Shown: positions 12,810 through 24,875, counted from the first letter of the whole stretch. The stretch: 63,974 nucleotides of DNA, filler included, from Octopus bimaculoides (GCF_001194135.2; 6 parts of 5 records of this genome joined end to end with filler, not necessarily neighbours in it); one strand, 5' to 3'. Notes: generated by a model not told the origin, from the sequence alone. Translations and numbers: made by a program.

Positions 12810-13720
12810 ACACCTGCAAATTGTTTGTCTTTTGGCAAGGTTACCTTGATTTAGCTGTTCTTTTATCTCAGGCAAATCATTTTCTGTAATTTTGTATTTA
12901 CATTAAGGATTGACAGATCTTTTTCTACTATTTTCTATTTTTTTCTGAATATCATTTATCCACAGGGTTCATTTGGGTGGTGGTACTCCTGTTTAGATAG
13001 GTGTGAGGGAGTATCCATCTTCTTTTGTGACCACAGTGGCCTGATGATATTGACACTTGTTTCTGTAGCTATTAGTTCTGTGACTGCCAAGTTCTTGCTA
13101 TTTATTATTGATATTGTTTTTGTATCAATTTTAACTTTTAGGAAGTACAATCGGTGGTCCATACAGTGATATGTGGCTTTCAGTTCTTTGAGTATCCTAA
13201 TCATTAGGTTCACCTTCACCGTTTCCAAGATTTAGATTTGTTTCGTATTCCCTCCCGTTCATATTCTTGTCTGTGGTGTTTTGGTTTGGTGCATTTTGCT
13301 CATCATTATACATTCCTACGGTCTTGGTTTATTGTCTTTCGTTGTTTACTTCGATTTTGTTGGAAATGTTATGTTGTTATGTTTTACAATCCCAGTGCAT
13401 ATGATATTATTTGGCATTGCTGTGTGGTTACGATCTAAATTTTAATGATGTAGTTTTCCTTTTAAGTGTTCTATTTCTATTTCTGATATGTTTTTCTTTT
13501 GAGAATATATCTTCGTATGTTAGCCAGTTTATTAGGGTTCATTACTTTATTGAAATCTTTATCTAGGTTAATTATTTTCAGATTTTATATGTATATGTTG
13601 TGTTGTTTTCGTTCTTTGGGTAGAGCACTACTGTAAAATAAGCGCGTAGGATTGAAATATATTCCTCACGTGTCCATTTATGCATTTTAAAAAATTTTAT
13701 TTGCGAGACATGAGGATAAT
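12810..13720 (-). mobile_element. R4/Dong-clade non-LTR retrotransposon, N-terminal ORF remnant
   Basis: Degenerate translation KWTREEYISILRAYF...NKLANIRRYILK...EIEIEHLK and WINDIQKKIENSRK...KYKITENDLPEIKEQL resembles the N-terminal region of Dong/R4 ORFs; many stops and frameshifts. Confidence 0.7.
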
Positions 13721-14133
13721 GTCCGGCCGTTTATTTTGACAGTCATCGCTTTCATGGTGTACCGGTCGGTTCCTTTCTGGTGTTAAATGGCTGTGCACGT
13801 GTAGTCTTTCGTACGTTTTTTGTTATTCTTGGGTTGAATAATACTGGTATTATTTAATTTATTTTAAACTTTTTGTGCTTGATGTTTGGGGACGGAGATG
13901 CTCTGGTGTTGACGGGATCGTAATGTGTCGAGCGAGCAATGGAGATAACATACACTTAAAATACATCATTTCATTTCGAAAGTAGAAATAAATTTCAATA
14001 AGTATTACTTATTCGAATATAGTCCAACACTTTGTCAGTTATTTTCGGCTCCATGTGATGCCTTTATTCACGATGTTTTTGGACAGATTTCGGAGCAGTG
14101 TTTTAGCGCTCTCACATGTTAAACGTCCCCGAT

Positions 14134-14134
<1 letters not shown>

Positions 14135-14198
<64 letters not shown>
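14135..14198. repeat. (TAT)n/(TAA)n microsatellite, about 21 units
   Basis: Direct reading; lies at a junction between mobile elements. Confidence 0.95.
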
Positions 14199-14714
14199 GT
14201 TGAGTGAGAGAGCAGGGTATGCCATCAAAGTGACACTGGGGTAAAATATACGAAGCCCAGTATATACATCATGACTACCTGTCTGATAAGGGTACACCAG
14301 GCACATGCATCACAACCATATGTGTGCAACATAGTGGTATCATATCAAGATAAACAGCGCATGACCTTGCAGGTGTTTTCTTCAGAATTTTCTTCAGTTC
14401 GAGTAGCCCATCCCGCTGAAAAGATCCTTGAATAAAGGTTGTTTGAGGATGTCGAACGGAATACCCTTGTTTCCAAAGGTGAACTATACAAACCTCAAAG
14501 AGTTCTTCTGAACACATGACTATGATGCTCCCCCACTACTTCTGCTCATGATCAGAGATGCATATATCATCAGCCACTAAGGGACATGCTCAAATGGTTC
14601 AGATCCAGCAACTGACAAGCAAATCTGTGGTATTGAGCAGAATATTTACTGTAGCACCTCCAATCAATTAATATAAGAAGCCACGAGAACCACTGTCTGG
14701 TACTGCATCAGGGC
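14199..14714 (-). mobile_element. Non-coding interspersed element bounded by (TAA)n at both ends (strand inferred from the TAA orientation)
   Basis: (TAA)n tracts on both sides; second partial copy at 32672-32940; no usable ORF. Confidence 0.7.
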
Positions 14715-15037
14715 ATTATTATTATTATTATTTTATGTTTGACTTTTGTTTTGCATTTGTACAAGTTGGATCCAAGTCTCACCCAGAGACCTCAAGAGAC
14801 AACAAGTTAGAAGTTCATGTAGGTGTTATGCCTAGGGTACCATATATTTGGATTTGTACAGTTTTGTTCAAGTGAATGTTTAAGAAACCATAAGAAAATT
14901 ATGTTTGCTTTAAAATTTGAGATCACATAGACAGTATTTTACGTAGGATATGGGCAGTTCCCATGAGCACTATCTTTTGGACTTCAGCCATTTTGGGGTT
15001 TCCTGGTATCTGAGCTAGGTAGTAATCAGCCCGTTTC
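14715..15037 (-). mobile_element. R4/Dong-clade element 3' end (ORF C-terminus, 3' UTR, (TAA)n tail)
   Basis: IPGNPKMAEVQKIVLMGTAHILRKILSM* (stop 14923-14925); the 3' UTR motif cttgaggtctctgggtgaga is shared with the + copy near 16640; ends in (TAA)n and runs into a gap at 15038. Confidence 0.85.
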
Positions 15038-15626
15038 NNNNNNNNNNNNNNNNNNNNNNNNNNNNNNNNNNNNNNNNNNNNTTAATTAATTAANNNNNNN
15101 NNNNNNNNNNNNNNNNNNNNNNNNNNNNNNNNNNNNNACGTTGTATGTATCACTTTCTCTCTCTCTCTCCCTCTCCTTCTTTTACTCTTACTCTCTATAT
15201 TTTTATGTTGAGCGCGTGTGTAAGAATGACGTTCCAGGTAGAAGGGATGAAATATAAAAGTTGCTAGAAACAACAGCCAAATCTCCCTTAAATCACACAA
15301 AGTAAACGGAATTTTAAAAATCTAATTACTGCACTGGAAAGTTCAGATCGAGAAAATTCCATTGATGTAAAAATTTTTACGAAAAAGTAGAAAATGTGGA
15401 TTTCTATAAACTTTTAAAAAGGCTTCACACAGACACACAATTTCAGCTTTATATATTAAGATATATATATGAGATAGGTTTCTTTCAGTTTCCATCTACC
15501 AAATCCACTCATTTGGTCGACCAGAGGCTATGGTAGAAGACATTTGCATAATGCCAGCAATTCAAGGGGAAGGGGATGACTCAATTACATCAACTCTTGT
15601 GCTCAACTGGTACTTGTTTTATCAGC

Positions 15627-15701
<75 letters not shown>
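15627..15701. repeat. (AAT)25 microsatellite
   Basis: Direct reading; immediately 5' of a truncated Dong-like copy. Confidence 0.95.
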
Positions 15702-16700
15702 TAAGGATTACCGAGACTGAGGCACAACTAGATGAAACAGAAAAACCCATGGTGAAAGTAAAACAAATAAAAGCAAAAACTAACTCAAATGGAATCTTAG
15801 ATGGGGTGTAAAGTATTACATGATAAATACCCTACAAGGGCCAGTGATTCTGATGTTACAGATGTGACCCATCAGTGGCTGTCTGCATCTGGACTAAAAT
15901 CAAAAACAAGATCAATGACTGCCCATTAGAAATGACCAACCCAACATTCTTAAAAATGGTGCTGATTCTTCCTGTTACTTCTGTGCTACAACCAGAGACA
16001 CAACTGATCACTTCATCTTTGGCTGCTCTGTTTTAGCCTCAAGTGAGTATACTAATTGCCATGATAGACTTGGTCAGTATTTGCACAGAATCTTATACCA
16101 GAAGTTTGCATTCCCATATCAGAACTAGTGGGAATATAAGCCAGACAAAGTTGTAGAAAATAAAGACATCACTATAGTTAAGGACTTTAGTTTCCGAACT
16201 GATTGAACTGTTCAAACCAAGAGACTAGATATTGTGATGAAAAATCACATTGTCAAAACCGGTGTTCATAGACAGACTGTAACACCTTTGTGAAAAAGTT
16301 TGAAAAGTTAAATAAATACAACCATGAAATGGAGCTCTCGAAAATGTGGCACCTATGAATGACAACTGTAGCTGTGATCATCAAAACTTTGGGGATTATA
16401 TCAAAAGGCGTTCTTAAAAACGATGATCCATTACCAGGACACCCAGAATTGTTCTTATGAATACAGCTCACTGTCATTGTGAGAATATCTAAATCTTTTA
16501 AAAACCTTTCAAAATCTCAAATATCACACCAAACTTTTAATGGAATCTTAATTCTCAGTATGTGGTCACCTTTTTCTGACATACATCATTACTACTCATA
16601 AATAATACTCACAGTAAAACATCTAACTTGCTATTTCTTGAGGTCTCTGGGTGAGATATGAAATAACTTATGCAACAACAATGAAAATAGCAATAACAAT
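15702..16700 (+). mobile_element. 5'-truncated R4/Dong-clade element: CCHC knuckle, restriction-like endonuclease and 3' UTR
   Basis: HQWLSASGLKSKT; C-x2-C-x8-H-x4-C (CYFCATTRDTTDHFIFGC, 15973-16026); RTD*TVQTKRLDIV; EKLNKY...MW...LGII; 3' UTR matches the 14.7-14.9 kb copy; ends in degenerate AAT repeats. Confidence 0.88.
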
Positions 16701-17692
16701 CCTTTCCATTATAAGTACAATCAGAAGAGCTAGAAAACCAAATTTTAGGGGTTAACATAATCATGAAAATTTTTAGCCATCCTAGGTCATGTAGGACCTG
16801 TGAAATGGTTAAGTTGATTACATTGATATAGAAGACAGTTAACCAAGGTACCATGCAATGGAACTAAACCCTGAACCATGTGGTTGGGAAGCAAGCTTCT
16901 TACCACACAGCCATGCCTGCAGCTTCCACAGTTTTTGCATTCAGAATTTAACTCAAAAAGTATTGGTCACCTAAAGGTACTTGCTCAAGTCGCTATGTAG
17001 TGTGGTTTGAAGCAGGAACCAAGTTAATGTGAATAAACTTCTTGACCACACAGACGTATCTTCTGTAGTTGTTTATGAATTGATCAGTTTGTTAAATTGA
17101 TGTTGTTGTTGCTGTTCATTTGCAACTGATTTTGTCAGCCATTGTACTAACATATATATATAAATATATATATNNNNNNNNNNNNNNNNNNNNNNNNNNN
17201 NNNNNNNNNNNNNNNNNNNNNNNNNNNNNNNNNNNNNNNNNNNNNNNNNNNNNNNNNNNNNNNNNNNNNNNNNNNNNNNNNNNNNNNNNNNNNNNNNNNN
17301 NNNNNNNNNNNNNNNNNNNNNNNNNNNNNNNNNNNNNNNNNNNNNNNNNNNNNNNNNNNNNNNNNNNNNNNNNNNNNNNNNNNNNNNNNNNNNNNNNNNN
17401 NNNNNNNNNNNNNNNNNNNNNNNNNNNNNNNNNNNNNNNNNNNNNNNNNNNNNNNNNNNNNNNNNNNNNNNNNNNNNNNNNNNNNNNNATATATGATCCG
17501 CCGGTGGCAGATGGATGCACTCAACAGGTCGGGTGCTCCCGTGTACGAAAGTCGGCAGCATCTTTGGCCCGGTCTACTGAGGCGACACGGCTCCTCAGCC
17601 CGGTCCGGGGGTGTTCCTGGCGAAAAGTGGCCCCATCCCCAAGTACAACAACATATATATAATTCGTTCTCATTACACACATACATATACAC

Positions 17693-17736
<44 letters not shown>

Positions 17737-18803
17737 TTATATACTTATATAAAATATATATAAATGTATGTATATACGTATGTACATATATATATGTATA
17801 TAAAAATATATGTGTGTATGTGTATCTATACATATATACATATATATATATATACACAGACATATATGTATATAAAGATATATATAGATATATATGTATG
17901 TATGCATGTCTATATATACATGCATACATATATATATGTGTGTGTGTGTATGCATGAATATATATACATATGAATACACACGCATATATCAATGCTAAAA
18001 CCAAACCAATAAGAAATCTAAGAACAATAGCAACAACCACAACAACAGCAGCAACAATAGTAGTAGCAGCAGCAGCATATGCAGCAGTTGAAAAACAACA
18101 ATAACAACAACCTGGGTGGACTAATGGTGGTTGTAAAGTTAACTACTTGATCAACAGTGGGAGAAGTCATTCAACCATAACATGTCCTGGCTTTTATGGA
18201 ATAATTACACCATCATATTCTAGCCTCCATTACACCAGCCATATCATATATTCACTATATACACCCACCTCTTTGTAAACTATATANNNNNNNNNNNNNN
18301 NNNNNNNNNNNNNNNNNNNNNNNNNNNNNNNNNNNNNNNNNNNNNNNNNNNNNNNNNNNNNNNNNNNNNNNNNNNNNNNNNNNNNNNNNNNNNNNNNNNN
18401 NNNNNNNNNNNNNNNNNNNNNNNNNNNNNNNNNNNNNNNNNNNNNNNNNNNNNNNNNNNNNNNNNNNNNNNNNNNNNNNNNNNNNNNNNNNNNNNNNNNN
18501 NNNNNNNNNNNNNNNNNNNNNNNNNNNNNNNNNNNNNNNNNNNNNNNNNNNNNNNNNNNNNNNNNNNNNNNNNNNNNNNNNNNNNNNNATATATATATAT
18601 ATATATACGTGTGTGCGTGTGCATGTATATTTGTCAGGATCTATTTCTCACAAATCAAAACTGGTAGTAAACCAAACCATACAGTTTGATGCTGTCTTCA
18701 CAACACTGAGCCCAAGCTGAAGTATTAGCAACTTACCTGCAAACACACTGACATATTCACATACACACACGTACAAATAACAGATAGATAGACTGATAGA
18801 TAG

Positions 18804-18883
<80 letters not shown>

Positions 18884-18993
18884 ATAGATAGAAATATATA
18901 CATGTATGTTTATACATATATATTGATAAATACAGATACACATATACTTTTTACACTTGTTTTAGTCATTTGACTGCAGCCATGCTGGGGCAT

Positions 18994-19039
<46 letters not shown>

Positions 19040-20718
19040 CATACATACATACATACATACATACACATGTTTGGAGATGCAAACAGAAAAAATAGAACAC
19101 AAAACATGTGTATATATATATATATGTATNNNNNNNNNNNNNNNNNNNNNNNNNNNNNNNNNNNNNNNNNNNNNNNNNNNNNNNNNNNNNNNNNNNNNNN
19201 NNNNNNNNNNNNNNNNNNNNNNNNNNNNNNNNNNNNNNNNNNNNNNNNNNNNNNNNNNNNNNNNNNNNNNNNNNNNNNNNNNNNNNNNNNNNNNNNNNNN
19301 NNNNNNNNNNNNNNNNNNNNNNNNNNNNNNNNNNNNNNNNNNNNNNNNNNNNNNNNNNNNNNNNNNNNNNNNNNNNNNNNNNNNNNNNNNNNNNNNNNNN
19401 NNNNNNNNNNNNNNNNNNNNNNNNNNNNNNNNNNNNNNNNNNNNNNNNNNNNNNNNNNNNNNNNNNNNNNNNNNNNNNNNNNNNNNNNNNNNNNNNNNNN
19501 NNNNNNNNNNNNNNNNNNNNNNNNNNNNNNNNNNNNNNNNNNNNNNNNNNNNNNNNNNNNNNNNNNNNNNNNNNNNNNNNNNNNNNNNNNNNNNNNNNNN
19601 NNNNNNNNNNNNNNNNNNNNNNNNNNNNNNNNNNNNNNNNNNNNNNNNNNNNNNNNNNNNNNNNNNNNNNNNNNNNNNNNNNNNNNNNNNNNNNNNNNNN
19701 NNNNNNNNNTATATTTATATATATATATATATAATTTAGAGAAAAGAACCAAAGTTCATAAACTCATCCATGAAAATCCAGTCACATATAGAAATATTTA
19801 ATAAGTAAATACACTAAAAAGAACTATAATAAAATACAAAGTAATAATCATAAAATAATATATATATATATATATATATGCACACACATACACACATGCA
19901 TGTGTAACAAGATGCAAAATTAATACTACTCAGATGAAACACCTATCACTAATGATTCTAATTTTAACCTGATGAGTTCAACAGTTCAAATAGAGTTTTA
20001 CAGCCAGATGGAGATGAAGTTACAGAACATCATATCTCTTCCAACAACAACCAAGACTGTTAGGAGTTTGGTAGACATCAGTCGCAGATAGTGTATACCG
20101 TCTATCTACCATCAGTGATATTGGATTTGGCCTGGAGGGAGCAGTGAGAGTGAAAGTGAGAGAGAGAGACACAGGGACATAACTGTGGTCAACAGATATT
20201 ATTGCATATGGTCAGCATAAAACGCACATAGATACTGGTAAATACTGGACGTCTTAATAGGTTGACTCTTGGACAAAACACTGGATATAACTTCAGATAC
20301 ATTTGAGGACAATTAATAAAATTAGAGGACAGTCTTTGCTGATTGGCAACGCTATAGAAATTTAATGCAGCAGGATACAAGGAAACACAGGAGTTAGCTG
20401 AAGGGGTGTACTGAATGTAGGAACTGAAAGATATCAGATGTGATGGCGCTTGGAAAATAATAAATAGGTAACTTTTTAATTCAAATGTATATACACATGC
20501 ACACATATGCTATACCCACATACACTCATACACATGTGCAGAGACACATACACATAGCCACATGTATATGCATGTGTAAATGCATATATGCACAAATACA
20601 TTTATCTCTGTGCATGTATGTATATAGATATGTATTGTGTGTGTGTGTATGTTCTTTAGTTTGTGTAAACCATCGTGGCTAAGACCAAGCCGGAGCCCAG
20701 CCTTTACATACATGCACG

Positions 20719-20754
<36 letters not shown>

Positions 20755-21330
20755 TATACATATATATACACATATATATATAATCACATACATACAAACA
20801 CACACACACACACAAAAAAAAGGGCACAATTCAAGGTAAAGTATTCAATAATAGAGTGCATGAANNNNNNNNNNNNNNNNNNNNNNNNNNNNNNNNNNNN
20901 NNNNNNNNNNNNNNNNNNNNNNNNNNNNNNNNNNNNNNNNNNNNNNNNNNNNNNNNNNNNNNNNNNNNNNNNNNNNNNNNNNNNNNNNNNNNNNNNNNNN
21001 NNNNNNNNNNNNNNNNNNNNNNNNNNNNNNNNNNNNNNNNNNNNNNNNNNNNNNNNNNNNNNNNNNNNNNNNNNNNNNNNNNNACATACACACACACACA
21101 CACACTCACACACATACACTCACACACACAAATATACATATATATACACATATATATATAATCACATACATACATACATACATACATACATACATACATA
21201 CATACATACATACACATATATATAATATATATGGGCTGTCACTGGGTGTGAACATGCATTCAGCAAATACATATTTGTGTACATGTGTGTACATTTGTTT
21301 CAGTTTGAATGTATATATATGTGTCTGTAC

Positions 21331-21382
<52 letters not shown>

Positions 21383-22299
21383 GTATGTNNNNNNNNNNGA
21401 GAGAGAGAGAGAGACTGTGTATGTATTGATGTGATTGTTGTTGTTTCACTTGAAGTCAGCCAAGATCGGGTGGATCTATGATCAAAGGGAATTCACTTAT
21501 GACCATCCTGTCTTTTTATTGTGATGTTTTGCTTTTGTTGTTACTGTTGCTGTAGTTGTTATTGTTTTCATCAGGGTTTTTGTCCTTGTTCTTGTTATTG
21601 TCATGTGAAAAAGTTGTTTTTATTGTTGTTGTTGCTATTATGACTGTTACTGCAGTCAGTTTTGTTTCTGTTGTTACTGTTCATTTTGTTGTCATGCTAT
21701 TGTTGCAGATACTATTGTTGTTATATTTCTTTAGCCCTGAGTCAACCACCATTAAGCACACCTATAAACAAAGTCATTTCAGCCTTGACCACCTAATTTT
21801 ATTGAACGTATGTAAAGGTCTCTATTGTCCAATGAAATCTGCTTCAATAAAAAAACCATGTAATTTGAGGGAGATTTGACTGCTATTGCTAGCAGGCAAA
21901 GCAAGCAAGTAAACACTGTTATTGCAATTATTATTCTTGTAGCAGCTGTAATTATGGTTGATCTGTTAGGTGCATGCATAGCTGTGTGGTAAGAAGTTTG
22001 CTTCCCAACTACATGGTCTCAGGTTCAATCCCTGCATAGCACTTTAGGCAAGAGCCTTCAACAATAGCCCCTTCCTGACCAAGGCCTTGTGAGTGGTACT
22101 GGAAAATGGAAATTGAAAGAAGCCCATCATATATGTTCCATCTTTTATTTGTTTCAGTCATTGGAATACACCCATATTGTGGCATTGCCTTAAAGGGTTT
22201 AGTCGAATGAATCGACCCCAGTATTTTTTTTTTTTTAAAGTTTTGGGCACATAAATAAACCAACACTGGTTGTCAGACAGTGGTGGTGGACAGACACAG

Positions 22300-22330
<31 letters not shown>

Positions 22331-22477
22331 GAAATACGTCACTTTGCAAAACAGATGTTACACTTTCTTTCATTCCTTTTTCACTAAAGTATTTAGGCAA
22401 GGTAGAATGGTTTTTTGCAACATACATTGAGTGCATTGTTATTTTTTTTTTAATCTGGTATCCCTTATGACCTGCAA

Positions 22478-23015
22478 CATCATCATCATCATCGTTTAAC
22501 GTACGCTTTCCATGCTAGCATGGGTTGGACGATTTGGCTGAGGACTGGTGAACCAGATGGCTACACCAGGCTCCAATCTGATTTGGCAGAGTTTCTACAG
22601 CTGGATGCCCTTCCTAACGCCAACCACTCCGAGAGTGTGGTGGGTGCTTTTACCACCAGCACGAAGGCCAGTCAGGCGGTACTGGCAATGACCACGCTCA
22701 AAATGGTGTATTTTACATGCCACCTGCACAGGAGCCAGTCCAGGGGCACTGGCATTGATCTCGCCCAAATGTCTTTACACATGCCACCGGCACAAGTGCC
22801 AGGAAGGCGACGCTGGGCACAGGTGCCATCATGATTTCGCTTGCCCCAACAGGTCTTCGCAAGCCAAGTTTCATGTCCAATGAAGGNNNNNNNNNNCCAA
22901 CAGGTCTTCGCAAGCCAAGTTTCATGTCCAATGAAGGAGACGACGTTGGCATGGGTGCCAGTCGTCAAATTTAGTTCGATTTCGATTTCACTTGACTCAA
23001 CAGGTCTTCGCAAGC
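22478..23015 (-). mobile_element. (GAT)n-tailed interspersed repeat (RTE-type 3' end or RTE-dependent SINE)
   Basis: (cat)n-cgtttaacgt..ctttccatgctagcatgggttggac...agctggatgcccttcctaacgccaacc; further copies at about 31850, 36600, 37320, 40130, 44455, 46100 and 61883. Confidence 0.75.
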
Positions 23016-24139
23016 GACATTTACAAATATGTGATAGTAGTGTTCACATTAGTATCTTATGTTTTTTGTTGTTTTAACATTAATTTTTTTTTTATCGATG
23101 TTCTAAGAATTTATAAACTTTGAGAGAATGTGAAATAATTCCTTTTGGGAACTATGTTTCTTGAAGTTTATAAATAATAGCATGTAAATACTGGGTTAAA
23201 AAAACGGATAGAAAAAGTTGAGGGCTATTTGTGGGTCTCAAAACCAATTCTCCTGTCAACATGACAGGCATTGTACCACTGGACCAAAACAATCCTTTGA
23301 ATTTCTCTGTCCATTTTAGGAACTTTATTCTTATCAGAAAGAATTGTATGTTATTGATGCCATGTTTACAGGAGATGTGGATTTGAGTCCCATAGGCAGC
23401 CTTTAACTTTTTCTATCCAAGGGCTTTTTGACCAAATATTTACATACTATTATCTATAGCTTTATTTGCTTCAAGATACACCGTTCCAAAAAAGAACTTC
23501 TTTGTGTTTTTTTTTTATTTTTTACATGTAATTATTATATACTAGCAGGACCCGTGAATATTTCACAGAATTAATAGTAAACTTAATGGGTTCTTTCTGA
23601 AAACTTTATACAAAAAACCTGAAAGCATAGCCTGTGTTGTGTCTGTATCAAAAGATAGTCACTCATCTGTTAATCACTGAAAAGTGAAGGAAATTGGAAT
23701 ATGATGATTACTTAATGCACTTTATATATATATACTTGTTATACTTTATGCACAATTTTATAGACTCAATACACAGCACACTCTCTCTTTCCCTCTCACT
23801 CTTCACCTTACCTTCTTTTTCTCACTCCTTTTTCTTTCACTCTTCGCTTTTCCCTTCAACTAATCACGTGAAAGCGTAACAGATGGGCTAAGTAACAGAG
23901 TGACAAGCAGAATTATTATATATATATTCATTCTAAAAATTTAATGAAAGACATATGGAAATGGCCAGTACAGCCTGAATCAAACAGCTTCTCTGAAAAT
24001 GTTGATGCTGGCTGAACTAGAAGCCACAACTGGGAAAAGGTACATGCTCTTAGTAATCAGGATAGTCCAGGATTGTTGAAGATTCCTGATTTCACCTAAG
24101 TGTTTCCATAATTTTTTCTTTTTTTACTTTCTTTATCAG

Positions 24140-24200
24140 GTAACAGTGAAAAAGTGAAAAATTAACAGAGGTCCGTATAAAAAAAAGAAAACTCTCAATG
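24140..24200 (+). other. 5' UTR part of the first coding exon of the globin gene, after a splice acceptor
   Basis: Long polypyrimidine tract ttttttctttttttactttctttatcAG (AG 24138-24139); in-frame TAA (24141) and TGA (24147) upstream of the ATGs. Confidence 0.65.
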
Positions 24201-24367
24201 ATGGGATGTGGACTAAGTTTCAAATCAGAAAAACCCAAAAAGAAACAAAAGGAAGTCACCTCCAATACATGCACTATATTGTCTGATAGACAAAATCTGT
24301 TAATTAGAGAAACATGGTCTATCATTCAGGACGAAATACTTACCATTGGTGTATATATTTATTACAG
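24201..24367 (+). CDS. First coding exon of an N-acylated globin (globin X-like); partial CDS ending at the B12.2 intron
   Basis: MGCGLSFKSEKPKKKQKEVTSNTCTILSDRQNLLIRETWSIIQDEILTIGVYIYY(R). The spacing L-x11-W-x10-G-x5-R equals myoglobin Leu2/TrpA12/GlyB6/ArgB12. The donor AG|gtaaaa splits the B12 codon in phase 2 (ancestral globin intron). An in-frame ATG at 24198 has weaker context. Confidence 0.88.
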
Positions 24368-24549
24368 GTAAAACACATTTCTTGTTTGTGAGTTACATTT
24401 TTATGTAGCTTATATGGTTTTAATGTATTTCACCAGTTTTTGTGTGGTCATCGTTGGTTGTTTTTCTTTAATGTGTATCTTCATCTGTTAAGTGCAGTCA
24501 TCGAATATATATGTTTATGCGTGTGTGTGTGTGTGTGTGAGCGTGTGTG

Positions 24550-24622
<73 letters not shown>

Positions 24623-24644
24623 CATTTATATTTTACTTGTTTCA

Positions 24645-24875
24645 GGCGGTGAGCTGGCAGAATCGTTTGCATGCCGAGCGAAATGCTTAACGGTATTTCG
24701 TCTGCTGTTACATTCTGAGTTCAAATTCCGCCGAGGTCAACTTTGCCTTTCATCCTTTTGGGGTCGATTAAATAAGTACCAGTTACGCACTGGGGTCGAT
24801 GTAATCGATTTAATCCCTTCGTCTGTCCTTGTTTGTCCCCTCTATATTTAGCCCCTTGTGGGCTATAAAGAAATA
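24645..24875 (+). mobile_element. Full-length SINE, family A (ggcggtgagctggcag head, tail type 1), with 18-bp TSD
   Basis: B-box-like gagttcaaattcc; central gaggtcaactttgcctttcatcc...aagtaccag; TSD tatattttacttgtttca at 24627-24644 and 24876-24893; inserted into another SINE. Confidence 0.9.

Noticed and set aside
15082-15093. TTAATTAATTAA embedded in N-runs (also 30692, 52372, 58980 and 62177)
   Set aside because: An identical palindrome with stops in all six frames, always between Ns: an assembly gap linker, not biology.
22846-22937. Exact direct repeat of about 40 bp either side of a 10-N gap
   Set aside because: Most likely an unmerged contig overlap.
23320-23345. 26-nt candidate micro-exon (ELYSYQKEL) with AG/GT borders
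   Set aside because: Such short AG..GT matches are expected by chance in AT-rich DNA, and there is no independent support.
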